Below are positions 27,500-37,495 of a DNA stretch of 44,410 nt, in pieces (within the stretch, counting starts at the first letter, position 1; each line of letters opens with the position of its first letter). The DNA comes from Candidatus Thiodiazotropha taylori (GTDB lineage Bacteria; Pseudomonadota; Gammaproteobacteria; Chromatiales; Chromatiaceae), in the NCBI GenBank assembly GCA_019100305.1, contig JAHRHW010000001.1:1-44410 (forward strand), given 5' to 3'. The notes beneath the pieces are model-generated. The model was given only the letters and a program-made list of their open reading frames with translations. It was not told the origin of the DNA and searched no databases. The position numbers were made by a program, and so were the translations under genes.

Positions 27500-28834
27500 T
27501 TATTTAACCTTTTCAAAGAGTGCGATGGACTCCACGTGAGCAGTATGTGGAAACATATCCATGACCCCGGCACTGATCAGCCGGTAGCCATGTTCTGCAA
27601 CTAAGATACCTGCATCCCTGGCCAGTGTGCCGGGGTAGCATGAGACATAGACGATGCGTTCAACACCCAGTTTTGGCAGATGATGCAGCACCTCCTGAGC
27701 ACCGCTCCTGGGTGGGTCCAGCAGGGCTTTGTTGAATGACTCCTGCAGCCAAGGCTCGGCATCCAACTCATCATAGAGGTTTGCAGTATAGAAACTGGTG
27801 TTTTGAAGATTGTTTCGGCTGGCATTCTCCCTGGCTCTCGCTACCAGTCCTGCATCTCCTTCGACACCGGTAACCTGGGCGGCATGACGCGCCATAGGCA
27901 GAGTGAAATTTCCCAACCCACAAAACAGATCCAATACCTGGTCATCCTCCCGCAGGCCCAACAACTTCACTGCACGCTGGATCATTTGCCGGTTGATATC
28001 ACTGTTCACCTGGGTGAAATCGCTGGGCAGGAAATCCAGGGTCAGATCGAATGCCGGGAGTTGATAGCTGAGCGTCACTTCACTCTCCAGTGGACGAATG
28101 GTTTCCGGTCCACCTTCCTGGAGATAGATGGTGATTTTATGCGCAGGCGCAAAGGCCTTAAGTTTCGCCAAATCCTCATCACTGGCCGGCTCCAGCAGTC
28201 GAAAGATCAACACACAGACCTCATCCCCCATGGCCATTTCGATCTGAGGGATCTGATCTCTGATCGATAACTGGTCGATCAGCCGACTCATCTCAGGCAG
28301 CAACTCACCCACCCGGGGATGCAGGATATGGCAGCAATCGATATCTGTGATGAATGAGGATCCCCGCTCCCTGAAACCGATCAGTGTACCCCCCTTTTTG
28401 GGTACATAGCGGACACCCAGGCGGGCCTTACGGCGATAGCCCCAGTCCGTCTCACCGACCAGTGGAGGCAGTATCTGTTGTGGCTGCACTTTACCGATGT
28501 GTTGCAGGCTATCCAGCATCGATTGCTGTTTGGCCTGCACCTGCGCCTTGCTGTCCTGATGTTGCAGACTGCAACCGCCACATACACCGAACTGATTGCA
28601 CTTCGGTTCAACCCGTTCCGTGGAGGATTCAAGGACCTCTACCACCCTGCCTTCATCATACTTGCGCCAGCGTCCGGTATAGAGAAAACGGACTGTCTCT
28701 CCTGGTAAGGATCCATGCACAAAGGTGGCTTTGCCATCGATGTGAGTTACCCCTTTCGCATCATGGGTCAGGGACTCGATTTGAGCTTCGACCGGCTCTG
28801 TCGGCAACTGCTTACGCCTGCGTTTTCTTGCCAT
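27500..28834 (-). CDS. rlmD: 23S rRNA m5U1939 methyltransferase
   Basis: TRAM domain, C..FGVCGGCSLQH Fe-S motif, LDLFCGLGNF, LDPPRSGA, YVSC.P.TLARD and DMFPHTAHVE. Confidence 0.95.
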   Translation of the reverse strand: MARKRRRKQLPTEPVEAQIESLTHDAKGVTHIDGKATFVHGSLPGETVRFLYTGRWRKYDEGRVVEVLESSTERVEPKCNQFGVCGGCSLQHQDSKAQVQAKQQSMLDSLQHIGKVQPQQILPPLVGETDWGYRRKARLGVRYVPKKGGTLIGFRERGSSFITDIDCCHILHPRVGELLPEMSRLIDQLSIRDQIPQIEMAMGDEVCVLIFRLLEPASDEDLAKLKAFAPAHKITIYLQEGGPETIRPLESEVTLSYQLPAFDLTLDFLPSDFTQVNSDINRQMIQRAVKLLGLREDDQVLDLFCGLGNFTLPMARHAAQVTGVEGDAGLVARARENASRNNLQNTSFYTANLYDELDAEPWLQESFNKALLDPPRSGAQEVLHHLPKLGVERIVYVSCYPGTLARDAGILVAEHGYRLISAGVMDMFPHTAHVESIALFEKVK

Positions 28835-28837
28835 TAC

Positions 28838-29731
28838 TCAGTACGCAGGGAAAACGTCAGTAGACAGATATCGATCACCACGATCACAAATAATCGCTAC
28901 GATCACAGCATTTTCAACAGTTTGCGAAAGCTTCAACGCAGCTGCCACTGCACCGCCGGATGAGATACCGGCAAAGATACCCTCCTTTGCTGCTAAATCA
29001 CGGGTCGTCTGCTCAGCGTCCTGTTGGGAAATATCGATAATCCGGTCAACCCGGCTGGCATCATATATCTTTGGCAGATACTCCTCCGGCCAGCGACGGA
29101 TACCCGGAATACTGGCACCTTCCATAGGTTGGACGCCGACAATCTCGATCTTAGGATTTTTCGACTTGAGGAAACGTGAAGTTCCCATAATGGTTCCTGT
29201 GGTGCCCATGGCACTGACAAAATGGGTCACTTTGCCATCCGTATCCCGCCAAATCTCCGGTCCGGTACCCTCGATATGTGCCTGAGGATTATCCTGATTG
29301 GAAAACTGATCCAGGATCACCCCTTTGCCGGCGGATTCGAGCTCCCGCGCTTTATCAATTGCGGCTTCCATACTGCCCTCTTTCGGGGTCAGGATCAGCT
29401 CGGCACCATAGGCCTTCATCACGGCCCGGCGCTCAAGACTCATATGTTCCGGCATCACCAGGATCATATGATATCCCTTGATCGCTGCTGCCATGGCCAG
29501 AGCAATCCCCGTATTGCCACTGGTGGCCTCGATCAGAGTGTCTCCGGGCTGAATGCTACCCCTTGCCTCGGCAAGGCGGATCATACTCAGGGCTGGCCTG
29601 TCTTTAACCGAACCGGCAGGATTATTCCCTTCCAGTTTCACTAATACGGTATTGCCGTTATCTTCAGCAAGGCGCTGCAGCCGAACCAACGGGGTATTGC
29701 CAATAAAGTCTTCGATGGTTTTATAGTGCAT
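28838..29731 (-). CDS. cysM: Cysteine synthase B
   Basis: Motifs KLEGNNPAGSVKDR, EATSGNTG, IPGIRRWP and ICDRGDRYLS. Adjacent to rlmD. Confidence 0.95.
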   Translation of the reverse strand: MHYKTIEDFIGNTPLVRLQRLAEDNGNTVLVKLEGNNPAGSVKDRPALSMIRLAEARGSIQPGDTLIEATSGNTGIALAMAAAIKGYHMILVMPEHMSLERRAVMKAYGAELILTPKEGSMEAAIDKARELESAGKGVILDQFSNQDNPQAHIEGTGPEIWRDTDGKVTHFVSAMGTTGTIMGTSRFLKSKNPKIEIVGVQPMEGASIPGIRRWPEEYLPKIYDASRVDRIIDISQQDAEQTTRDLAAKEGIFAGISSGGAVAAALKLSQTVENAVIVAIICDRGDRYLSTDVFPAY

Positions 29732-30132
29732 AGGCAGGATTCTACCGCGATTTAGGGCATTTGATCAGTACTATTTTACACAACACCAGGCTTAGCACGC
29801 TGGCTGCCGGCTCTGTTTCACAGCTTTGCACATAACCAGGAGCAACCCCTGGATTTCCGCATAGGATGATCCTTAGCCAACAGCCATTACCCGGTAAAAA
29901 CAGTTCCTGCAACTCCCTCAGAGAGTGAAAGAGAGTCTAGGCAGATCGACAAATGCACTTTCCGGTCGCTAGGATAATCATGTGGAAATCTATCTCAGCC
30001 GAGCCGAACTTCGGATGTTGTTCTATAGTTGAGAGAAATTCTCACAAATTGACTATGCTGCCGGGGCCGGTTACAACTACCCAACGCTTGAACATGTCGT
30101 GCAAATAACAATAAATCTGAAAGGAGAGGTCA

Positions 30133-30561
30133 ATGACTAGCGTGAATCAACTGTTACAGAACAAGGGATTCGATATCCTTAGTGTCGATGCCAATGAGAC
30201 TGTCTATCAGGCACTTGAGACCATGGCTGAACACGCTATCGGTTCACTGTTGGTGATGGATGGGGATAATGTGGCGGGGCTCTTTTCAGAGCGGGATTAT
30301 GCTCGGGGGATTATCTCAAAAGGTCAGCTATCCAAAGAGACCAAGGTCAAGGAGATCATGACCAGTCAGGTTGTGGTGGTTACTCCGGAACAGAGCATCG
30401 AGGAGTGTATGGCAATCATGACTGAAAAACGGGTTCGCCACCTTCCGGTCATGAAAGATGGCAAGGTGATCGGCATCATCTCGATCGGCGACCTGGTAAA
30501 AGCGATCATCGAGGAACAACAGTTCATGATTGAACAGTTGGTAAGCTATATCAATGGCTGA
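30133..30561 (+). CDS. Tandem CBS domain protein
   Basis: Motifs IGSLLV, FSERDYAR, RVRHLPV and ISIGDLVK. RBS AAGGAG. Confidence 0.92.
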   Translation: MTSVNQLLQNKGFDILSVDANETVYQALETMAEHAIGSLLVMDGDNVAGLFSERDYARGIISKGQLSKETKVKEIMTSQVVVVTPEQSIEECMAIMTEKRVRHLPVMKDGKVIGIISIGDLVKAIIEEQQFMIEQLVSYING

Positions 30562-30655
30562 AAACCAGCCTTAACTAGCAGGAAACCGGATCACGAGATG
30601 TGACACTTGAAGAGCCGTGCATGGACAATTTGGGTATTGCCACTCCAATACCTGA

Positions 30656-31462
30656 TTGACAACCATAATCAGCCCCATGCCCAGTAACACACCACCCTTT
30701 ATCGATCTGGCCTGGTTCAAAATGGCGCAGCCACAGGCCACCCGCATCAGTTGCTCAGTTCAGCACAACTGCGAAGTCTTTGAATACGACTCTCTTCGTT
30801 GGATCTGCACAGCTGACGGTGCCGTACAGTCGATGCTCTATACCGAAGACCACAGTTATCCTGTGCTGCACTATATCAAAGCACTGTTATGTTCGCTGGT
30901 GATTGTAGAGAAACCGGGAAAAATGTTGAATCTGGGCTTGGGTTCTGGTGCCATTGAGCGCTATGTGGAGTCCCACCATCCAGAGATCGCGGTAACTTCG
31001 ATCGAACCGGAAGTCGAAATGATCGCCCTATCCAAGGAGTGCTTCTATCTTGACAGCAGCTATCCTGTCAGAAATCAGTCAGCTGAATCTTTTCTACATG
31101 GCAATCAACAACAGTTTGATCTGATTATTTGTGATATTCATTGCCCTCCCGGCCAGCCAAATCCGATCGAAACAATGGCCTTTTTGCAAAACTTAACCAA
31201 TGCGCTATTGCCTCAAGGTGTGGTAGCCATTAATTTTCTGGCTGACAGTGAATCGCACATCATCGACATGCTTGTACGGTTACGACAGGTTTTCGAACAG
31301 GTCACTCTAATCGACGTTCTAAGACAGCAAAATATTGTTTTCTATTGCTCAAATAACCCGTTTCCCGAACCAGCCGAGCTCAATCAGAAAGCGGCCTTGC
31401 CTGTGTATGGAAATATCCAGGCAGAAACCATTATTTCACAACTGATCTGGTTACCGGAGTGA
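30656..31462 (+). CDS. Spermidine-synthase-like SAM-dependent transferase
   Basis: Motifs VQS.L, LNLGLGSG, SIE, FDLIICD and L.PQGVVAIN. Start position uncertain. Confidence 0.75.
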   Translation: MTTIISPMPSNTPPFIDLAWFKMAQPQATRISCSVQHNCEVFEYDSLRWICTADGAVQSMLYTEDHSYPVLHYIKALLCSLVIVEKPGKMLNLGLGSGAIERYVESHHPEIAVTSIEPEVEMIALSKECFYLDSSYPVRNQSAESFLHGNQQQFDLIICDIHCPPGQPNPIETMAFLQNLTNALLPQGVVAINFLADSESHIIDMLVRLRQVFEQVTLIDVLRQQNIVFYCSNNPFPEPAELNQKAALPVYGNIQAETIISQLIWLPE

Positions 31463-31507
31463 TCTCAGCTTTTGCGCTAGAATTGAGTTTTTCCGCCAGG
31501 AACAGAC

Positions 31508-32497
31508 ATGAAGTTAATTGAAGTTATCGCTAAATCGAGCAGTGAAAACACCATCACTGCTATCGCTGAAAAATTCAAAGCAAGGGACTTCCGTACCGGC
31601 CGGGAGGGTGAAGATGGTCGCCAGGCGATACGTATTCTGTTAACTGACGAAAATGTTCAGCCGGCACTGGATGCATTGCAGACTGTACTTGGCGCACAAT
31701 CCACGGCAAGGATTATCGTTTTTCCGATTGACGCCACACTGCCTCAACCATCGAGGGAAAAGGAAAAAGATCAGGACAAAGCCATTTCATCGAGAGAATC
31801 GATGTATGCCAATGTGGACAAGAATACCCATTTGGACAGTAATTTCATCATTCTTGTCATACTCTCCACGTTGGTAGCCGCCATCGGTTTGGTGAAAGAC
31901 AATGTTGCGGTGGTGATTGGTGCCATGGTGATCGCTCCCCTGCTGGGTCCGAATCTGGCGTTTGGCCTGGGAACGGCACTCGGGGATATGCATTTGATGA
32001 AGAAATCCCTCAAGACACTGCTTGCAGGAATACTCATTGCCATATTTCTTGCTTATATCATCGGCCTACTCTGGCCGTTCGAGCTGACCAGCCCAGAGCT
32101 GCTGGCGCGCACTGAAGTGGGTCTCGACTCGCTGGCTCTGGCACTCGCCTCAGGTGCCGCAGCGGCGCTCTCCCTGACCAGTGGCCTGCCCAGCGTCCTG
32201 GTGGGGGTGATGGTCGCCGTGGCATTGCTTCCACCGGCTGCAGCAGTAGGTTTAACCCTGGGGCATGGCAGAGTCGACCTGGCAATGGGCGCTGGTTTGT
32301 TACTCGTTGCCAATATCGTCTGTGTTAACCTGTCCGCCAAACTGCTGTTTCTATTCAAAGGCATTCAACCTCGTAGCTGGGCAGAAAAAGCCAAGGCAAA
32401 ACGCGCGATGTCCATCTATTTGGCAGTGTGGGCAATCACCCTTGCATTGGTGGTTCTGGCAATTGTTGTCCGTCCACACATTGAGGGGCCAGTATGA
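31508..32497 (+). CDS. TIGR00341/DUF389-like membrane protein
   Basis: Motifs AVVIGAMVIAPLLGP and LVGVMVAVALLPPA, with multiple TM helices. Confidence 0.85.
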   Translation: MKLIEVIAKSSSENTITAIAEKFKARDFRTGREGEDGRQAIRILLTDENVQPALDALQTVLGAQSTARIIVFPIDATLPQPSREKEKDQDKAISSRESMYANVDKNTHLDSNFIILVILSTLVAAIGLVKDNVAVVIGAMVIAPLLGPNLAFGLGTALGDMHLMKKSLKTLLAGILIAIFLAYIIGLLWPFELTSPELLARTEVGLDSLALALASGAAAALSLTSGLPSVLVGVMVAVALLPPAAAVGLTLGHGRVDLAMGAGLLLVANIVCVNLSAKLLFLFKGIQPRSWAEKAKAKRAMSIYLAVWAITLALVVLAIVVRPHIEGPV

Positions 32498-32558
32498 CAG
32501 TTAACCTGGACACCCTGCTATAACACTCGGCAGATCAGTGGCAGGTTGGGATATCAGG

Positions 32559-33287
32559 CTATCTCCTCATCAGTGTTTTCATTTCTCTGACTGCCTGATC
32601 AAGGCCGGTAAAGAGTGCCCGACAGACGATGGAGTGTCCGATATTCAACTCTCTGATACCTTCAATTTCCACAATTGATGCCACATTGTGGTAATCAAGT
32701 CCATGCCCGGCATTAACCTGGAGACCAAGGCCTTTGCCATAGGCTACAGCATCGACGATTCGCTTCAGTTCAGCTTGTCGCGCTGTTTCGCTGGTAGCAT
32801 CAGCATAGTGACCGGTATGGATCTCCACCACCGGGGCACCTGATGCTTTGGCTGCATCCAGTTGTTTCAAATCCGCATCGATGAAGAGTGATACCCGAAT
32901 TCCTGCCTCATTCAATTCAGTGCAGTAATCGGTCATATATTCGAGTTTGGAAGCCACATCCAGACCACCCTCGGTAGTCAACTCTTCACGCTTCTCAGGT
33001 ACCAGGCAACAATCATGGGGTTGAAATCGGGTGGCAATGGCCGCCATTTCCGGGGTTGCTGCCATCTCCAGATTCATCCGTGTCTGTAAGAGATCGGAGA
33101 GTATCTCCACATCCCGATCCTGAATATGACGCCTGTCTTCCCGCAGATGTAGTGTTATTGCATCGGCTCCCGCCTGCTCTGCTGAAAGTGCTGCCTGTAC
33201 CGGCTCCGGATAGCGGGTACCCCGAGCCTGGCGCAAGGTCGCCACATGGTCGATATTGACCCCAAGTAACATTACATTCTTTGTCAT
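32559..33287 (-). CDS. pdxJ: Pyridoxine 5'-phosphate synthase
   Basis: Motifs [34 protein letters not shown] and ELNIGH. Confidence 0.97.
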   Translation of the reverse strand: MTKNVMLLGVNIDHVATLRQARGTRYPEPVQAALSAEQAGADAITLHLREDRRHIQDRDVEILSDLLQTRMNLEMAATPEMAAIATRFQPHDCCLVPEKREELTTEGGLDVASKLEYMTDYCTELNEAGIRVSLFIDADLKQLDAAKASGAPVVEIHTGHYADATSETARQAELKRIVDAVAYGKGLGLQVNAGHGLDYHNVASIVEIEGIRELNIGHSIVCRALFTGLDQAVREMKTLMRR

Positions 33288-33436
33288 ACCCTTACCTTTC
33301 GACTCATAGGTAGCAGAACCCCTTACAGATGATTAATCCGGTAACAAACCTTTATGCTGTAAATATATCTTTTTTACACCTGTTTGCCCAACTTCTCCGA
33401 CATCTTTATCGAGAGTTTTATACTAGACAGACAAAC

Positions 33437-34147
33437 TCATCCGGCTGTTGGTCCGGCAAACAGCTCACGGCTTTTCAAAGGCTTGTCTCCCAGGTAATGG
33501 GAGAGCACAAAACGCATCAACTGTTTTGCCTCTTTAGCAGACTGTTTTGACAATGATTCACCGTTTTGCAAACCGATCAGGGTGCTGCCATGAATCTTCA
33601 GCCCGGAACTGTCAGATGACGATTCTATGGGCCCCTCTTCAACAAGATAGTTATAGAGCAACTCCTCTCTGATGGGCTCCCCACTATCCGCTGTGTGATC
33701 GAGTAATAATCCGTAACCAAGCTCTGATAGTAGTTGCAGTTCAAATTGTCTCAGTATCTCACCAACAGGTTCGTCTGATGCCAGTTGTGCAAGGATATGG
33801 CAATAGTGAACGAAGAGTGATGGAAACGGATCCCCCCTTTCAATTAACCTGACAATCAGTTCATTCAGGTAAAAACCACAATAGATACGCTCGCCAATCA
33901 GTTTCAATGGTTGGCCATTCTGCTCTGCTTCGATCAGGCTTTTGATCTCTCCACGCCCACTGAGCGAGACTCTGAGTGGCAGAAAGGGTTGCAATAGAAT
34001 TGCCTTGTTGGAACGTCCTGATTTTGCACCTTTGGCAATCGCTGGAAGACGTCCTTCATTTGGCGTGAATAATTCCACCAACAGACTGGAATTCTGATAA
34101 TCACGTCTGTGCAAAACATAGGCAGGTATAAAGTTGATACGGGACAT
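33437..34147 (-). CDS. recO: DNA repair protein RecO
   Basis: Motifs AYVLHRR, LQPF.PL, GFYLNEL, FEL.LL.ELGYG and KPLKSRELF. Confidence 0.95.
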   Translation of the reverse strand: MSRINFIPAYVLHRRDYQNSSLLVELFTPNEGRLPAIAKGAKSGRSNKAILLQPFLPLRVSLSGRGEIKSLIEAEQNGQPLKLIGERIYCGFYLNELIVRLIERGDPFPSLFVHYCHILAQLASDEPVGEILRQFELQLLSELGYGLLLDHTADSGEPIREELLYNYLVEEGPIESSSDSSGLKIHGSTLIGLQNGESLSKQSAKEAKQLMRFVLSHYLGDKPLKSRELFAGPTAG

Positions 34148-34172
34148 CGGTGATGTCTCATTTTAAATGGTT

Positions 34173-34189
34173 GTGTTAACAGGCCCTAG
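34173..34189. repeat. Solo terminal repeat of MITE family A between era and recO
   Basis: GTGTTAACAGGCCCTAG is identical (17/17) to 12524-12540. Confidence 0.75.
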
Positions 34190-34200
34190 CTTGAATGGTT

Positions 34201-35100
34201 TCACTGCTCACCATATCCAAGTCTGACTAAAGCCGCTTCGTCACTCGACCAGCTCTTTTTTACTTTAACCCAAAGCTCAAGATGAACCTTACAATCGAAA
34301 AACGCTTGCATTGCTTTTCTAGCTTGTACAGCAACCTCTTTCAACGCCTGTCCATCTTTACCGATGATGATGCCCTTTTGACCGGGCTTTTCTACCCAGA
34401 TCACTGCATTGATCCGATACAGATTCTGCTGTTCCTCGAAACGTTCGATCTCCACGGAAACGGCATAGGGTAACTCCTTGGCATAGCGCCTGGTGATCTG
34501 TTCCCTGATCATTTCCGCAGCAAAGAACTTTTCCGGGCGATCGGTCAGTTGGTCATCAGGATAGACATTCTCAGCTTCGGGAAGCGCATTTAATACTAGC
34601 CCTTCCAGAGCATCCAGGTTGTTACCTTTTTTCGCAGACAGAGGAACGATTTCCAGAAACTCATAACTCGTTGAGAGGTTGGCAAGATAGGGCAACAAAG
34701 CCTCTTTCTGTTTAACCAGATCCACTTTATTGACAACCGCTATTGCGGATATTTTACTCTCCTTGATCAGACCGAGTACCTTTTCATCCTCCTCAGTCCA
34801 ACGTAGTGCCTCGACCACAAAGATAAGCAGATCAACACCTGTCAGCACTGATTGGGCGGTACGATTGAGGTAGCGATTCATCGCATTATCACTGCGCTGG
34901 TGGATGCCTGGGGTATCGACATAGATTATCTGCCCCCCTTCCAGACTGTTGACCCCTAAAACACTATGTCTTGTGGTTTGTGCCTTATGTGAAGTGATTG
35001 CCAGCCTGACACCGAGGATCTGGTTCAACAGGGTGGATTTACCAACATTTGGCCTTCCGACAATCGCAGCATAACCGCAGTGATTTTTCAGCTTACTCAT
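34201..35100 (-). CDS. era: GTPase Era
   Basis: Motifs GRPNVGKSTL, QTTR, DTPG and NKVD, plus a KH domain with IIGKDG and LELWVKV. Confidence 0.97.
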   Translation of the reverse strand: MSKLKNHCGYAAIVGRPNVGKSTLLNQILGVRLAITSHKAQTTRHSVLGVNSLEGGQIIYVDTPGIHQRSDNAMNRYLNRTAQSVLTGVDLLIFVVEALRWTEEDEKVLGLIKESKISAIAVVNKVDLVKQKEALLPYLANLSTSYEFLEIVPLSAKKGNNLDALEGLVLNALPEAENVYPDDQLTDRPEKFFAAEMIREQITRRYAKELPYAVSVEIERFEEQQNLYRINAVIWVEKPGQKGIIIGKDGQALKEVAVQARKAMQAFFDCKVHLELWVKVKKSWSSDEAALVRLGYGEQ

Positions 35101-35770
35101 GATTCAGATCCGACAACATTTTGGATGCGGCATCCTGCTCCGCCTTTCTTCGACTGTGCCCCTCACCTTGACTCTTTTTCTGCAGGTCTTCAACAACGCA
35201 CTCAACCTTGAAATGCTGGGCATGGGGATCTCCACTGACATCCAAAATAGTGTAGCTTGGGAGGGAAACCTTTTTTGCCTGTAGATGCTCTTGCAGTTGG
35301 GTTTTTGGGTCTTTCTGCTGGTTTTCGGGACTCAGGGCAATCAATCGGGGTGAGAATGTTTTCAGAATGACTGAGCGGGTCGCTTCATATCCACCATCAA
35401 GATAGACCGCTGCCAAAACCGCCTCAAAACTGTCTGCTAAAATGGAATCCCTGCTTTGACCGCCACTGCGCAGTTCACCCTGCCCGAGTTTCAGATAATC
35501 ACCAAGATTGAATTCCCTTGCAACCTGGGCGAGTGTATCCCGTTTAACCAATGCGGAGCGAAGCCGACTTAGCTGTCCTTCACTGGCATTGGAAAAATGG
35601 CTGAAGAGCGCATCTGCAATCACAAATCCGAGAATGGAATCACCCAGATACTCAAGACGTTCGTTATTTTTTCCACCGGCACTGCGGTGAGTCAAAGCCT
35701 GTTCAATCAGCTCTTGCTGATTGAAGGTATAGCCCAAATCACGGCAAAACCTGTTGATATCGGGCTTCAA
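35093..35770 (-). CDS. rnc: Ribonuclease III
   Basis: Motifs ALTHRS, NERLEYLGDS and dsRBD KDPKTQLQE...AEQDAA. Confidence 0.97.
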   Translation of the reverse strand: MKPDINRFCRDLGYTFNQQELIEQALTHRSAGGKNNERLEYLGDSILGFVIADALFSHFSNASEGQLSRLRSALVKRDTLAQVAREFNLGDYLKLGQGELRSGGQSRDSILADSFEAVLAAVYLDGGYEATRSVILKTFSPRLIALSPENQQKDPKTQLQEHLQAKKVSLPSYTILDVSGDPHAQHFKVECVVEDLQKKSQGEGHSRRKAEQDAASKMLSDLNHE

Positions 35771-36141
35771 TTCGAAGTTAGCTCAACCGTTTCGTCAAAG
35801 GTCATGACAAGCTCGGCATTGTATGCGATATGACGACGAACCTCGTAGGAAACATTGATTATCCTCGATCCAGTGCCTCTCTTAACGGTGATATGCTCCT
35901 TGGTTACGTGACGTATACTGTTGATATCGAGGCGTTTTAAAACCATATTGCGCAGCTCTACCTTAGACTTCCGCTCAGCAAACGGCTCATTCTTGACCGA
36001 TTCCAGTGCTGACTTAACAGCAAAGTGGTCGAGGTATACCGGCGTAATCTTGATGCCCACCATTACTAGAAACCCTGCAATGATTAAAATAACCAGCCAA
36101 CTGATGAATGTAAGGCCACGCTGTTTTTTAATGGATTGCAT
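35767..36141 (-). CDS. DUF4845-like protein with pilin-type N-terminus
   Basis: KQRGLTFISWLV...KITPVYLD, in the usual position between lepB and rnc. Confidence 0.8.
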   Translation of the reverse strand: MQSIKKQRGLTFISWLVILIIAGFLVMVGIKITPVYLDHFAVKSALESVKNEPFAERKSKVELRNMVLKRLDINSIRHVTKEHITVKRGTGSRIINVSYEVRRHIAYNAELVMTFDETVELTSN

Positions 36142-36407
36142 ATCTACTTCCTCAAATAAACCATACTGATCAATTAAGTTCTTTTAGCTTAGTACCAGAT
36201 TTTAGTGTCCATCTGCTACAACGATTAAGTTGGCGGAGGCCTTCACTGGTGATTTGTAATATGTATAACTCAGTTTTTATCACCAAGACGGCGTTCCTAA
36301 ATCAGGATATCAGCCATTTCAGCGACCTAATACGATCCTAGCCTTAATAAGAAATTAAGCCATTTCGACTAAAAACCAAAGCAACAGATCGACTGTAACT
36401 TTCTGAG

Positions 36408-36423
36408 CTAGGGCCTGCTTACA
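36408..36423. repeat. Degenerate solo end of MITE family A downstream of lepB
   Basis: CTAGGGCCTGCTTACA matches CTAGGGCCTGTTAACA at 14/16. Confidence 0.45.
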
Positions 36424-36456
36424 ACAACATTGCTCAAACAACAGAGACCTGGTTAC

Positions 36457-37305
36457 TTAATCGATGCCTTTACCTATTCTCTCCCAGGCAATCGGTGGAA
36501 AACCGCTGATATTGGAATCCCAGTTCATCCAGATACCAAACGCTTTGCCAACAAGATTCTCATCCGGCACAAAGCCCCAGCAGCGGCTGTCATTGCTATT
36601 GTCACGGTTATCACCCATGACAAAATACTGTCCTTCAGGAACGGTTATCGGCCCTTGTCTCAGTACCTGACACCCCATTGGCAGATCGGGCGCCAATGGA
36701 TTGATCAGAATATTGTGTTCAATCCCAGCGAGATCCTCGACCGCCATGACCGCACCGGTCATACGGGAGCCACTCCCGACGCCTGTGTACTGACCCAACA
36801 GCATCTGTTTCATCGGTTCGCCATTGACGAAAAGGGTTTTGTTTCGATAGTAGAGCTTATCGCCAGGTACAGCCACTACCCGTTTAATATAGTCAATCCA
36901 CGGTTGTTTCGGATAGCGGAAGACTACCGGATCCCCCCGTTGAGGATCCCCCAGATCGATGACTTTCTTATTCAACACGGGCAGTCGAATACCGTAGCTG
37001 AATTTATTCACCAGAATGAAGTCACCAACCAGTAGGGTCGGCATCATGGAGCCGGAAGGAATACGAAAAGGCTCTACCAGGAAAGAGCGTAAAATGAGCA
37101 CCGCAAAAATCACCGGAAAGAAGGATTTGGAGTACTCAACCAGTAATGGTTCTTTTCTAACCAGCTGGCTTGAATCATCCGCCTCTTCACCCACATCCGG
37201 AGCCATTGCACTTCGTTTGTTGGCAAAGAATATACTATCCAATAGCCAGATGCCGCCGGTCAATGCACTGGCGACAACAAGAAAAGTTGGAAAATCGAAA
37301 TTCAT
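36457..37305 (-). CDS. lepB: Signal peptidase I
   Basis: Motifs EPFRIPSGSMMPTL, YIKRVV..PGD and GDNRDNSNDSR. Confidence 0.97.
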   Translation of the reverse strand: MNFDFPTFLVVASALTGGIWLLDSIFFANKRSAMAPDVGEEADDSSQLVRKEPLLVEYSKSFFPVIFAVLILRSFLVEPFRIPSGSMMPTLLVGDFILVNKFSYGIRLPVLNKKVIDLGDPQRGDPVVFRYPKQPWIDYIKRVVAVPGDKLYYRNKTLFVNGEPMKQMLLGQYTGVGSGSRMTGAVMAVEDLAGIEHNILINPLAPDLPMGCQVLRQGPITVPEGQYFVMGDNRDNSNDSRCWGFVPDENLVGKAFGIWMNWDSNISGFPPIAWERIGKGID

Positions 37306-37334
37306 GGTTTACCTGCGTCCTCACCCGTATAGTA

Positions 37335-37495
37335 ATCTGATTGTAACTATTCAAGAGGCCCGGACTTTTTCGCGCCCATCTGAATGGTTACTCCCCAGCT
37401 TTTGGGGTTTCCAAAAGGGAGGAGTCTCACTCTCCCCACTGGCCAGCCCTGAAAATCAAACATTTTAGGGCTGATCTGAATAGTTACATCTAATT
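37335..37495. mobile_element. MITE family B: 145-bp element (37343-37487) with 11-bp TIR and 8-bp target duplication
   Basis: GTAACTATTCA (37343-37353) and TGAATAGTTAC (37477-37487) form a perfect inverted repeat, flanked by ATCTGATT and ATCTAATT (7/8 direct repeat). Internal hairpins are present. Confidence 0.75.

Noticed and set aside
29732-30132. Several GGA motifs in the cysM-CBS intergenic region as a Csr/Rsm sRNA
   Set aside because: The motifs are few, not in regular hairpin loops, and no terminator is visible.
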